Numbered from the stretch's first letter, positions 10,421 through 20,587 are shown. The stretch is 64,000 bases of DNA from an uncultured Chroococcidiopsis sp. (GCA_964248365.1 CAXTYC010000008.1:32001-96000); one strand, 5' to 3'. Made by a program: numbers and translations. The notes: generated by a model not told the origin, from the sequence alone.

Positions 10421-13400
10421 CTATTGTTGGATGATGTTCGCCACGACTGCAACCAATTGGGCTGGTTCAACAGGTTTGGCTAAATGGATCTGGAAACCAG
10501 CGGCGATCGCCGCTGCTTGATCTTCACTACGAGCGTAAGCTGTCAGCGCTATAGCAGGAATTCTCCCTCCTCGTTCTGCCTCAATATTCCTCAGTTTGCG
10601 AATAAGCGAATAACCATTTTCGTGGGGCATCCCAATATCGCTTACTAACACATTGGGCTGCAATTTTTCGAAGGCATCTAGTGCCTCAGCCACAGATGCA
10701 ACTGCGGTTACTTTAGCTCCGTACTGTTCCAAAACGGTAGTAAGCAACTCCCGCGCATCCGCTTCGTCGTCTACGACAAGGATTTGTAAATTTTCGAGTG
10801 CCGAGTAGCGAGAGGAATTTTGGATTTTAGATTTTGGATTAGTGTCGCGCCTCGACACAAAGGCGCAAACAGAGGAATTTTCTTGTGCTCCCTCAGATCC
10901 CCCATCTCCGTTTTGCTCCTCTGCCCCTCTGCCCTTCTGCCCCCCTGCCATTTCCAAAAGAGGGAGCTTTACAGTAAACGTAGAACCTAGCCCTTCGCCT
11001 GGACTTTCAACATAGACACTACCGTGATGTAACTCAACTAAACTTCGCACGATCGCTAATCCTAATCCTAATCCACTTTGCGCTCTGGTAATAGTGCTAT
11101 CAGCTTGGCGAAAGCGCTCAAATACATAAGGCAAAAATTCTGGGCTAATGCCTTTACCCGTATCACTAACTTGTAGCTGAGCGTAGCTGGTAATTGGTAA
11201 TTGTCCATTTCTACCATCTATTACGGTTGATAGCTTAATTTCTACCTTTCCTCCTTCTGGGGTAAACTTAACGGCATTAGAAAGTAAATTCCAAACAATT
11301 TGTTGCAAGCGCACCGGATCACCCAAAATCAAAGCAGGGGGAGAGGGGGAGATGGGGGAGAATTCCGAATTGGGATCTTCCAATTGCGAATTTCGACTTG
11401 TTCTGTCTTCTATGGTGAAATTTAATTGAATGTTTTTGCTCAGAGCGCTGGTGCGGATCACATCAATCGCTGCTTCAATCACTGATATAAGGTTAACTTC
11501 GGTCAAGTTGAGAAGCAGCTTGCCCCTAATCATACGCGAGATGTCTAGCAAGTCTTCAATTAACTGAGCTTGTAAACGAGCGTTGCGCTCAATGATTTCT
11601 AAAGCTTGAGCCGTTTTGGCAGCATCAAATTTTCGTGTTCGCAGTAGGCGAACCCATCCCAACATGGCATTTAAGGGCGATCGCAGTTCATGAGAAACAA
11701 TTGCCAAGAATTCATCTTTAGTGCGATTTGCTGTTTCAGCCGCCCCCCGTGCTGCTTGCTCAGCGGATAATAGCATCTGATATTCTGCTTCTTGTCGCTT
11801 GCGATCGCTAATGTCTCGCTGAATTGCTACCCAGTGCGTATAACAGCCTGTTTCATCTGCCACTGGCACAAGGCTGATTTCTGTCCAAAATTCTGAACCA
11901 TCTTTGCGATAGTTAATTAGTTCGACGCAGATTGATTCCCATCGGCTCAAAGCAGCGCGAATTTTATCTAGGGTTGGGCGATCGCTTTTTGCTCCTTGCA
12001 AGAAACGGGGAGTTTTCCCCAATATTTCCTCGCAGGAATAGCCAGTCATGCGAGTAAAGGCTGCATTAGCATATAAAATTTTTGGTCCAGGATCATCAAT
12101 TGGTTCAGCTTCGGTAATTAAAATTGCATCTTTGGCATTGACTACTACTGACTCTAAAAGACGCAACTGCTTTTCTATTTGCTTGCGCTTGGTGATATCG
12201 ATGTCTACCCCAGTCATCCGCACTGGATTACCTAATGAATCTCGAAAGACGTAACCTTTGCTTTGGCAAAAGCGAATTGTACCATCAGCCCATACAACCC
12301 GAAATTCGATATCGTATTGTGCTTCCTCCTGAACTGCTTGCATTACCGACTGGTTAACGAAGTCCCGATCTTGGGGATGAACATAGTTAATAAAACTTTC
12401 ATATGTACCGTCAAAAGCGCCTTGCTCTAGACCAAAAAGCGCTTCTAGGTTTTCTGACCAAGTAATTTTATTGGTTAAAATATTCCATTCCCATCTGCCC
12501 ATGCGCGCAGCACACAAGGCAAATTTCAGTCGCTCCTCACTTTCCCTCAGTTCTTCCTGCAACTGCTTGCGCTCAGTAATGTCGTCTGCAATACCGACGA
12601 GCCGCTCAACTTCTCCCTGGGCGTTGAAAATGGGAAAGGCGCGATCGCGAATCCAGCGCTCTTGATTGTCGGGGCGGATGATGCGATATTCTATTTCTGC
12701 CTCACCTTGAAGTTGCTGATCCTGAGCAGCAATTATGTGAGCGCGATCCATAGGGTGGACAGAATCTATAAAACAAGCAGGATTGTCATACAGTTGCTGA
12801 CGATCGCGTCCCCAAATTTCCTCATAGGCGGGGCTAATGTAGAATATTTTGCTATGACAGGGAGAAACTATCCAAAAAACTTGACGGATGTTTTGAGTCA
12901 GTTGTTGAAATAACTCTTCGTTTTGCTGTAACTTATCCTCGGTTGAGATGCGATCGCTAATGTCTCTCAAACTCACAGCACGATGCTGCAATTCTGACTC
13001 CTGATTCCTGACTTCTGACTTCTGACTTTTGACTCCTGGCTGCTGACTTTCGTTGTAACTGCGGAAAAATTCAACTAACTTTGGTTCCGCAGCAAACAAA
13101 TTACCCAGAACAGCCGTAGCTGGTGGATCAATTTGATAAGTAAGTGCGGGATGAGCTTCTACCCATAGATGACAAGTTTTTATATAAGCCAGAAATTTCA
13201 TTAAGTGGTTGTAGTTGCTCACTCCCAGAATTCGGCGCAGTTCTTCACGACAATTAGCGTCTTGCTTCGGGTTAAGGAAGATATAAATACAACAGGAGAA
13301 TATCGCCTTTTCCAGTTGGTAATCTGGTTCAGGCAAAGATGTTAGGGGAGAAGCGTTGGCTAACAACGCCTTGATTTCCTCAAGTTCTGCCAGCGTGGGA

Positions 13401-13684
13401 GCAGGAGATTCCAACAACTGCAAAATGTGTTTTGCACTCATTCCCAGTCGCCCCAAAGCGCAACTATGGCAGACAATGCAGTAAGAAACACTACAGTAGC
13501 GCGATAGATAAGCAAACAGCTTTTCTTTAAATAGCGTTGGCAAAGGATTATTGACATACGCTGCCAATGTTTGTTGCCAGAGGTTATCCAGTACTTGGGT
13601 ATTTTCCTGATCTGGCACAAACAAGGACGGCAAATAGCCAAAACACGCCGAAACCTCTGAAATGATTTGTTTATTGGTTCGCAT
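10421..13684 (-). CDS. Hybrid sensor histidine kinase: AhpD/CMD-like N-terminus, three PAS/PAC, HisKA, HATPase, REC
   Basis: Three PAS/PAC repeats ending DITERK/DITKRK/DISDRK; SHELRSPL; NLLSNAVKFT; DTGKG; GLGLGL; C-terminal ILVVDD...SDIGMP...AKP. Confidence 0.92.
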   Translation of the reverse strand: MRTNKQIISEVSACFGYLPSLFVPDQENTQVLDNLWQQTLAAYVNNPLPTLFKEKLFAYLSRYCSVSYCIVCHSCALGRLGMSAKHILQLLESPAPTLAELEEIKALLANASPLTSLPEPDYQLEKAIFSCCIYIFLNPKQDANCREELRRILGVSNYNHLMKFLAYIKTCHLWVEAHPALTYQIDPPATAVLGNLFAAEPKLVEFFRSYNESQQPGVKSQKSEVRNQESELQHRAVSLRDISDRISTEDKLQQNEELFQQLTQNIRQVFWIVSPCHSKIFYISPAYEEIWGRDRQQLYDNPACFIDSVHPMDRAHIIAAQDQQLQGEAEIEYRIIRPDNQERWIRDRAFPIFNAQGEVERLVGIADDITERKQLQEELRESEERLKFALCAARMGRWEWNILTNKITWSENLEALFGLEQGAFDGTYESFINYVHPQDRDFVNQSVMQAVQEEAQYDIEFRVVWADGTIRFCQSKGYVFRDSLGNPVRMTGVDIDITKRKQIEKQLRLLESVVVNAKDAILITEAEPIDDPGPKILYANAAFTRMTGYSCEEILGKTPRFLQGAKSDRPTLDKIRAALSRWESICVELINYRKDGSEFWTEISLVPVADETGCYTHWVAIQRDISDRKRQEAEYQMLLSAEQAARGAAETANRTKDEFLAIVSHELRSPLNAMLGWVRLLRTRKFDAAKTAQALEIIERNARLQAQLIEDLLDISRMIRGKLLLNLTEVNLISVIEAAIDVIRTSALSKNIQLNFTIEDRTSRNSQLEDPNSEFSPISPSPPALILGDPVRLQQIVWNLLSNAVKFTPEGGKVEIKLSTVIDGRNGQLPITSYAQLQVSDTGKGISPEFLPYVFERFRQADSTITRAQSGLGLGLAIVRSLVELHHGSVYVESPGEGLGSTFTVKLPLLEMAGGQKGRGAEEQNGDGGSEGAQENSSVCAFVSRRDTNPKSKIQNSSRYSALENLQILVVDDEADARELLTTVLEQYGAKVTAVASVAEALDAFEKLQPNVLVSDIGMPHENGYSLIRKLRNIEAERGGRIPAIALTAYARSEDQAAAIAAGFQIHLAKPVEPAQLVAVVANIIQQ

Positions 13685-14140
13685 TGAAATACAGCTTTTT
13701 TGCCTTAGCGCTCAATTACTCAAGCTTAGTTAGCCCATGCAGCGCACTTTTTTGATCGTTTATTGATTTTATTAAGTATCTTCTCTGAATATCTAATAAA
13801 CCTGCTGCAATTATCTTGAAATATTATTAAGGTTTGCTTTCAAAAGTTTATGCCCTTATTCCCAAGTTTACAGTACAAGTATTGTACAAAAATGTGGGAT
13901 TGAATTCAAAACTGGTAACTGGTAACTGGTAACTGTAAAAGTTTCGGCGGCATCAGTTACTAATCTTGACTAGAGTTACACCTTAGTATACGTATCTTCT
14001 GTAAACATCTTGCAATACCTTTTGCAAGATGTCTATTGTTTTTTCACCATCGCGCCGCGTCCGGCGCACAGTTGGGCTGAGCGATAAGGGTCTGTTATAT
14101 AGACTATTAGTAGGCTTTTGAGCAAATTATTTCAAAAACA

Positions 14141-14179
14141 TTTACATAATTTAAGAATACTGTTAGATTGTTTTACATT
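14141..14179 (+). promoter_or_regulatory. HLR1-like (RpaB-type) direct repeats upstream of hli-OCP
   Basis: TTTACATA-AT-TTAAGAAT and GTTAGATT-GT-TTTACATT resemble (G/T)TTACA(T/A)(T/A)-N2 repeats. Confidence 0.5.
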
Positions 14180-14209
14180 AAGCTAAAACCAGAGATTAAG
14201 GAAGGCTGC

Positions 14210-14425
14210 ATGAGCGTAGGCAACTATGTGCTAGATGAGCGAGGTTTAGCGAATAATTTTGCTGTTGAACCAAAGATGTACTTGCAACAAAGCCCTCGAA
14301 CTGGCTTCACTACCCCAGCCGAAAAGCTCAATGGTCGCTTAGCCATGATTGGTTTTGTGTCTGTGATAATTTTGGAAATTTTGACTGGACATGGCTTGAT
14401 AGGTTTTCTTGCTAGCCTGTCTTAG
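14210..14425 (+). CDS. hli: High-light-inducible protein, HliA/B type
   Basis: AEKLNGRLAMIGF chlorophyll-binding motif; N-terminal NNFAVEPKMY; ATG at 14210 after AAGGAAGG. Confidence 0.9.
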   Translation: MSVGNYVLDERGLANNFAVEPKMYLQQSPRTGFTTPAEKLNGRLAMIGFVSVIILEILTGHGLIGFLASLS

Positions 14426-14487
14426 CTTTAGAGTCCTTTTGTAAAACTTGACAACTATTTAGCAGATAAATTTTGGAGATTCTAATC

Positions 14488-15459
14488 ATGACTTACACAA
14501 TCGAGTCAGCGCAGACAATTTTCTCTAACACTCAAGTTCCTAGTCCGATTCCTGCAACCATAGCGCTGTTCGATCAACTCGGTGTTGACGATCAGCTAGC
14601 CTTCCTCTGGTATGCTTATACTGAAATGGGTAATACAATTACGCCCGCAGCCCCTGGCGCAGCGCGTCTGCAACTAGCAGAAAGTTTGCTCAATCAAATT
14701 AAGCAGATGTCTCCAGCCGAGCAAACGCAAGTCATGCGCGATTTGGCTAACCATGCTGACACTCCTATCAGCCGTTCCTATGGATTTTTCAGCGTCAACA
14801 CCAAGCTAGCTTTTTGGTATGAGCTAGGAGAGTTGATGAAACAGGGTATCGTCGCTCCTATCCCAACTGGCTATCGAATGACTCCAGGTGTGGAAGTAGT
14901 GCTAGCAGCAACCCAGAAACTCGATCCAGGTCAGCAAATCACAGTATTGCGTAATACTGTAGTAAACATGGGATTTGATACTTCTGAGCTTGCACCTAGC
15001 AGTTATCCAAAAGCTGCTAAAGAACCGACGTTCCAACGCACCGAGCCAGTATCTACAGCTAAGGTGAAGATTGAGGGAATTAGTGAGCCTGCCGTTCTAA
15101 GCTATATCGAAGCCATGAACGCAGACAACTTTGATGCTGCTGTAGCTCTGTTTACTTCCGACGGTGCTTTGCAACCGCCATTCCAGAAGCCGATAGTCGG
15201 TCATGAAGCGATCGCTAAATATATGCGTGAAGAAGCACAAGGATTGAATATGATGCCACAGCAGGGCATCACCCAGACGCTAGAAAATGGCTCTAAGCAG
15301 CTTAAAGTCACAGGTGTAGTCCAAACTCCTTGGTTCGGTGTCAATGTTGGGATGAATATTGCATGGCGGTTCTTAATCAATTCTGAAGGTAAAATTTTCT
15401 TCGTGGCAATTGATATGCTAGCATCTCCCCAAGAACTCCTAAACCTGCGTCCAATGTAG
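14488..15459 (+). CDS. ocp: Orange carotenoid protein, full length; non-OCP1, probably OCPx/OCP3 clade
   Basis: MTYTIESAQTIF, LWYAYTEMG, KLAFWYELG, QQITVLRN, LQPPFQKPIVG, VQTPWFG; ATG at 14488 after GGAG. Confidence 0.93.
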   Translation: MTYTIESAQTIFSNTQVPSPIPATIALFDQLGVDDQLAFLWYAYTEMGNTITPAAPGAARLQLAESLLNQIKQMSPAEQTQVMRDLANHADTPISRSYGFFSVNTKLAFWYELGELMKQGIVAPIPTGYRMTPGVEVVLAATQKLDPGQQITVLRNTVVNMGFDTSELAPSSYPKAAKEPTFQRTEPVSTAKVKIEGISEPAVLSYIEAMNADNFDAAVALFTSDGALQPPFQKPIVGHEAIAKYMREEAQGLNMMPQQGITQTLENGSKQLKVTGVVQTPWFGVNVGMNIAWRFLINSEGKIFFVAIDMLASPQELLNLRPM

Positions 15460-15601
15460 AACGCGATCGCGTTTGATTTTAAGTCGGGTAGGGGCGGGTT
15501 TACTAAAAATCTTTATTCCTAACTAAAAATTTTGACTATCCCCACCCCTACAAAACATTCATGCAAGAGGTTTCTTAACTCAGACGACAGTTGGATATCA
15601 G

Positions 15602-15725
15602 TAGACTTCTTGCGATCCTTGTGGGAAAAGGGAAAAGGGAAAGGGGGAAACCCATTGAATTTTCCTTTTCCCTTTCACCTTTAACCTTTTCCCCTGGCGC
15701 GCAATTGGGACTTTTGCAAGAGGTT
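15602..15725. repeat. Small inverted-repeat element (AGACTTCTTGC...GCAAGAGGTTT) enclosing (GGGAAAA)n/(TTTTCCC)n arms; related left end at ~45595
   Basis: Imperfect terminal inverted repeat with internal complementary heptamer arms. Confidence 0.5.
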
Positions 15726-15847
15726 TTGTAACTACACGCTCGCCCCAGTGGGATTATCTTGAAATAATGTTAAGACTTGCTTACTAACTTATGTTCTTAT
15801 TACCAAAGTATAGGGAACAAAGTTATATAAAAAGATGGTAAAAAAAT

Positions 15848-17380
15848 ATGCCGCTTGCCCGCTTAAAGCTAACCAACATTAGCAAGTCATATTCTGGAGT
15901 GTTGGCAAATAATCAGGTGAATTTGACGATTCAACAGAGCGAAATTCAAGCGTTGCTGGGTGAAAACGGGGCGGGCAAGAGTACCTTAATGAAAATTATA
16001 TATGGAGGAGTGCGCCCCGATGGGGGAAAAATTGAGTGGGATGGGCAGGAAGTTAATGTAAGTAGTCCAGAAAAAGCGCGAAGTCTGGGCATTAATATGG
16101 TATTTCAACACTTTTCTTTGTTTGAAAGCCTGACTGTTACAGAAAACATTGCTCTGGCTCAACCCAAAACCGAAAAGTGGAATTTAGCAAGACTTGCTAA
16201 AAAAATTCGTCAATTATCAGAGCAGTATGGCTTAAGTGTAGATCCTAACCGTTTGGTACACTCGCTCTCGGTGGGGGAAAAGCAGCGAGTGGAAATTCTT
16301 CGCTGTTTATCTGTGACTACCAAATTACTAATACTAGACGAACCGACAGCAGTTTTGACACCTGGGGAGACAGAAAGATTGTTTGCCGTGCTGCGACAGA
16401 TTGCCTCGTCTGGGTGTACTATTTTAATCAGTAGCCATAAATTACAGGAAGTGCGATCGCTCTGTAGTAGCGCTACCGTTTTGCGTAATGGTGAAGTTGT
16501 CGCCCAGTGTAACCCTCAGCTAGAAACACCAGCTAGCCTCGTCCGAATGATGATCGGTACTGATGTACCAGCTAGGAGGGGACGAAAAAATCATTCTGTT
16601 GGTTCTGTCTGCTTACGAGTAAACGATTTGTGTCTAGAACCAGAAAATCCCTTTGGTACAGCATTACAGCACATCTCTTTTGAGATTTATGCTGGAGAAA
16701 TTGTAGGTATTGCTGGGGTGGCTGGTAACGGACAGAGTGAACTGCTAGCAGCCTTAAGCGGTCAAATCCTCAGCCCCAAAGCGTATATGATCCAGCTAGG
16801 TGAAATGCCCATCGGTCATCATGGTGTTGTCAAGCGTCGCCGCCTGGGTTTAGCATATGTCCCCGAAGAACGCCTGGAAAAGGGGGCAGTACCCAATTTG
16901 AGTTTGCTAGAAAATGCCTTGCTGACAGGGTATACTCAAGGGCTGGTGCGACGTGGGGTCGTTCGCCAAACCCGCCTGAAAGTTTGGACTGGGAGAATTT
17001 GTGAAGCATTCAATGTGAAACAGGCAGGGTTAGATTCTCCTGCTAGCAGTCTATCAGGAGGGAACTTACAAAAGTTTATCATCGGGCGAGAAATTTTGCA
17101 AAATCCATCTATATTAATTGCAGCTCATCCGAGTTGGGGTGTGGATGTGAATGCGACAGCCAGTATTCATGAAGCTTTGATTGAACTGCGAGATGCAGGG
17201 ACAGCGCTCCTAGTGATTTCTGAGGATTTGGATGAACTATTTAGCCTGTGCGATCGCATTGGTGCTATATACAAAGGTGAACTATCACCCCTCAAACCGA
17301 TTCAATCTACCAGCCGTGACGAAATTGGACGCTTAATGGGGGGAGTTATGTTGTCTCCGGTTAAATATTCTTCGATCTGA
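15848..17380 (+). CDS. ABC transporter ATP-binding protein (nucleoside/CUT2 type, two NBDs)
   Basis: GENGAGKST, LSVGEKQRVEI, LILDEPT, LSGGNLQK. Confidence 0.93.
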   Translation: MPLARLKLTNISKSYSGVLANNQVNLTIQQSEIQALLGENGAGKSTLMKIIYGGVRPDGGKIEWDGQEVNVSSPEKARSLGINMVFQHFSLFESLTVTENIALAQPKTEKWNLARLAKKIRQLSEQYGLSVDPNRLVHSLSVGEKQRVEILRCLSVTTKLLILDEPTAVLTPGETERLFAVLRQIASSGCTILISSHKLQEVRSLCSSATVLRNGEVVAQCNPQLETPASLVRMMIGTDVPARRGRKNHSVGSVCLRVNDLCLEPENPFGTALQHISFEIYAGEIVGIAGVAGNGQSELLAALSGQILSPKAYMIQLGEMPIGHHGVVKRRRLGLAYVPEERLEKGAVPNLSLLENALLTGYTQGLVRRGVVRQTRLKVWTGRICEAFNVKQAGLDSPASSLSGGNLQKFIIGREILQNPSILIAAHPSWGVDVNATASIHEALIELRDAGTALLVISEDLDELFSLCDRIGAIYKGELSPLKPIQSTSRDEIGRLMGGVMLSPVKYSSI

Positions 17381-17515
17381 CAGCAGGAGAGCAGAGGGAC
17401 AAGGGGACAAGGGGACAAGGGGACTCTTGTGAGAATTACTTTAAGCTTTCCCCCTTTGTCCTTGTCTCCCCCTCACCTTGTCCTTTTCTAGCCTCTAGCC
17501 TCTAGCCCCTAGCTT

Positions 17516-18580
17516 ATGCAAATTAAACTAGAATCTCGCAAAGTGAGTTCAAAAACATGGCTTGTGCTATCGCCTGTTGTCGCAATGCTTGCAACAGTAA
17601 TTTGTGGCATCTTACTGTTTGGCATCTTGGGGAAATCTCCCTTTGCCGCCTTAACTACCTTATTTGTCGCTCCTCTGGGTAGTTTTTACGGACTCTCTGA
17701 ACTGGCTGTGAAAGCTGCGCCTATTGTTTTATGTGCTGTTGGTTTAGCTATATGTTTTCACGCCAAGGTTTGGAATATTGGTGCTGAAGGGCAGTTGACA
17801 ATGGGAGCAATTTTAGGTACTGCCACCGCTTTAGCATTTCCGCATCTGAATAACTACGGCTTACTCCTAATGTGCATTTTGGCTGGGGTAACGGGTGGTG
17901 TTGCTTGGGGGAGTATTCCGGCGTGGTTGAAAGTACAGTTTAATGCGAATGAAATCCTCACCAGCTTGATGTTAAACTATGTTGCTATTTCAGTTTTAAA
18001 TTATCTGGTACGGGGACCATTAAAAGATCCTCAAGGCTTCAATTTTCCTGAATCTGCAACTTTTTCCCAGTTTGCTAGTTTACCAACCCTAATTGCTGGA
18101 ACCAGGGTTCACTTAGGTGTTTTACTAGCTATTGTGGCAGGGGGGTTAATTTGGGTGTTACTGACACAGACGTTTTTTGGTTTTCAAGTGCGGGTAATTG
18201 GTTCTAGTTCAGGTGCGGCTGATTATGCAGGGATAGAACGCGATCGCATTATTTGGCTTAGTCTAATTATTAGTGGTGGTTTAGCTGGTTTGGCTGGGGC
18301 GTGTGAAGTCCTTGGTCCTATCGGTCAACTTCGCCCTACAATATCTCCTGGCTATGGTTATACAGCCATCATCGCCGCTTTTATTGGGCGTTTAAATCCT
18401 TTGGGAATTATTTTATCGAGTCTCTTAATGGCACTGCTATACGTTGGCGGTGAATTATTGCAAATCAAACAGGGTTTACCTTTAGCTTTAGCTGGTGTTT
18501 TCCAAGGTATTTTATTCTTCTTTCTCCTGGCGGCTGATTTGTTAATTTCTAATCAATTACGAATTAGAACTAAAGATTAA
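17516..18580 (+). CDS. ABC transporter permease (nucleoside type)
   Basis: WNIGAEGQ, NEILTSLMLNYVA, GYGYTAIIAA; multiple TM segments. Confidence 0.9.
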   Translation: MQIKLESRKVSSKTWLVLSPVVAMLATVICGILLFGILGKSPFAALTTLFVAPLGSFYGLSELAVKAAPIVLCAVGLAICFHAKVWNIGAEGQLTMGAILGTATALAFPHLNNYGLLLMCILAGVTGGVAWGSIPAWLKVQFNANEILTSLMLNYVAISVLNYLVRGPLKDPQGFNFPESATFSQFASLPTLIAGTRVHLGVLLAIVAGGLIWVLLTQTFFGFQVRVIGSSSGAADYAGIERDRIIWLSLIISGGLAGLAGACEVLGPIGQLRPTISPGYGYTAIIAAFIGRLNPLGIILSSLLMALLYVGGELLQIKQGLPLALAGVFQGILFFFLLAADLLISNQLRIRTKD

Positions 18581-18783
18581 TTAGAATTTGTCGTGCTGCA
18601 TAGATTTATGATGATAGTGTCGCGCAAAGACGCAAAGTTAAATTTCTAGATCATCTACTAACAGCCCTCTGCCAAATACAGTATTTAGCAATTTATTTTG
18701 AAATATTGGTGTAGGAACCTCCTACCTGCACATGAACCAAAAATCATATACCACAACTGCTGATATTTTATTTTTAAAGGCAG

Positions 18784-20517
18784 ATGTTTAATTATCGATT
18801 TAAGAACAATTATTTCACCTGGCTGCGGATTTTGCTAGTAACTATATTGGTGCTAGGTGTATTTTTTCGCTTAGTTAATCTTGATCGCAAAGTTTACTGG
18901 TATGATGAAGGATTCACCTCTTTACGAGTTGGTGGCTACACTATCCCAGAAGTAGTTCAATCTTTCAATGGGCAAGTAATTAGTGTCGCAGATTTTCGTA
19001 ATAAGTATTTAAGCCCTAACTCTGAAAGAGGTTTTTTCGGTACTATAAAGTCTTTGGCAGTAGAAGATCCGCAACATCCGCCACTGTATTATTTAATGGC
19101 ACACTTGTGGATGCAATGGTTTGGTAATTCAGTGGCGGCGATTAGAAGTTTACCCGCTTTTATTAGTTTACTAGTATTCCCCTGTGCCTTTTGGCTATGT
19201 CTAGAATTATTTAATTCTCCCCTTACAGGATGGATAGCAGTTGCAGTAATAGCTGTCTCACCGTTTCATGTCCTATTTGCTCAAGAAGCACGAGAGTATA
19301 GTTTGTGGACTGTAATGATCTTGCTATCAAGTGCAACACTATTGCAAGCGCTCCGAGTCAAAACTGTCTATAGTTGGGGAATTTATGCATTAACTTTAAC
19401 ATTATCACTTTATTCATTTCTGTTTTCTGCTTTTGTTGCTCTTGGACATGGAATTTATGTTATAGGTACTGAAAGCTTCCGCTTAAGTAAAACAGTTATT
19501 GCTTATTTAGGGGCAACAGTTATAGGATTTATAGCTTTTCTACCTTGGATTTGGGTTGTTATTAAGAACTATGAGCGGCTCAATGATTCCACGTCTTGGA
19601 TGACTGAGGCTAAAATCCCTTTATTACAGCTAGCTAATTTATGGGCTAAGAATATCGGTATTATTTTCTTTAAATCTACCCAGTTTGACAATATTTTTTT
19701 GTTACTTATTTTAAGTATAATAGGCTATTCTATTGATTTTATTTGTCCTTACAGTTCAAAAAGGATTTGGTTATTTATTATAACTTTATTTGGAGTTCCA
19801 GCCCTAGCTTTAATTATTCCTGATTTAATTTATGGGGGACAAAGATCAGTTATGGCTCGATTTTTGATTCCCTGTTATTTAAGTATTGAGCTAGCTATTT
19901 CTTATTTAATTGCTACAGGTATTACGCCTAACCCAAAAATAGTTTTAACGAACCGCCAAGTCGCCAAGAACGCCAAGTCAGGAACAAAAAGAAAATTTCA
20001 ATTTTTGTCAAGGTTTTATGTTAATAAGATTACTTTTAAGCAGATTCGGATAAGGCAACAGCAGTTTTGGTTACTTGTGATGATTGTAATATTTACAGGG
20101 GGGGTGATTTCTTCTGCTATCTTCACTGAATCAGAGGTTCCCTGGACTAAGTTAAAAAACTATAATGACTACAAAGTTGCTCGGATGATTAATGGGGCTA
20201 GCAGTCCGCTTGTGGTTGTTAGTAACTATCAAAGTCGTTACGATTCCAATGTTAGTTATTTATTTTCTTTTAGTCATTTACTTGATGCAAAAGTTAAACT
20301 TCAATTAGTGAATGGAAAAGATATACCCCAGATTCCTAATGGCTATAGTGATGTGTTTTTATATAATCCTTGCGCCCAAGCATCTAAGCAGGGAATAGAG
20401 CAAGAATTTCAAGTATTATTGTCTGAGTTGGAGCAAGAACAAAATTACAAAGCAGAACCTGTAAAAATTTCTCAACCTATATTGCTTTGGCATTTAGCGA
20501 GGAGCAAAAAAATTTGA
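18784..20517 (+). CDS. GT39/PMT-like membrane glycosyltransferase
   Basis: YWYDE, QHPPLYY, AQEAREYSLW; polytopic. Confidence 0.85.
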   Translation: MFNYRFKNNYFTWLRILLVTILVLGVFFRLVNLDRKVYWYDEGFTSLRVGGYTIPEVVQSFNGQVISVADFRNKYLSPNSERGFFGTIKSLAVEDPQHPPLYYLMAHLWMQWFGNSVAAIRSLPAFISLLVFPCAFWLCLELFNSPLTGWIAVAVIAVSPFHVLFAQEAREYSLWTVMILLSSATLLQALRVKTVYSWGIYALTLTLSLYSFLFSAFVALGHGIYVIGTESFRLSKTVIAYLGATVIGFIAFLPWIWVVIKNYERLNDSTSWMTEAKIPLLQLANLWAKNIGIIFFKSTQFDNIFLLLILSIIGYSIDFICPYSSKRIWLFIITLFGVPALALIIPDLIYGGQRSVMARFLIPCYLSIELAISYLIATGITPNPKIVLTNRQVAKNAKSGTKRKFQFLSRFYVNKITFKQIRIRQQQFWLLVMIVIFTGGVISSAIFTESEVPWTKLKNYNDYKVARMINGASSPLVVVSNYQSRYDSNVSYLFSFSHLLDAKVKLQLVNGKDIPQIPNGYSDVFLYNPCAQASKQGIEQEFQVLLSELEQEQNYKAEPVKISQPILLWHLARSKKI

Positions 20518-20587
20518 TATATGGTGGTGCGTTACGGCGAGGACCTAACGCACCCTACTCAAACAATTAATAATTGATAATTGATTA

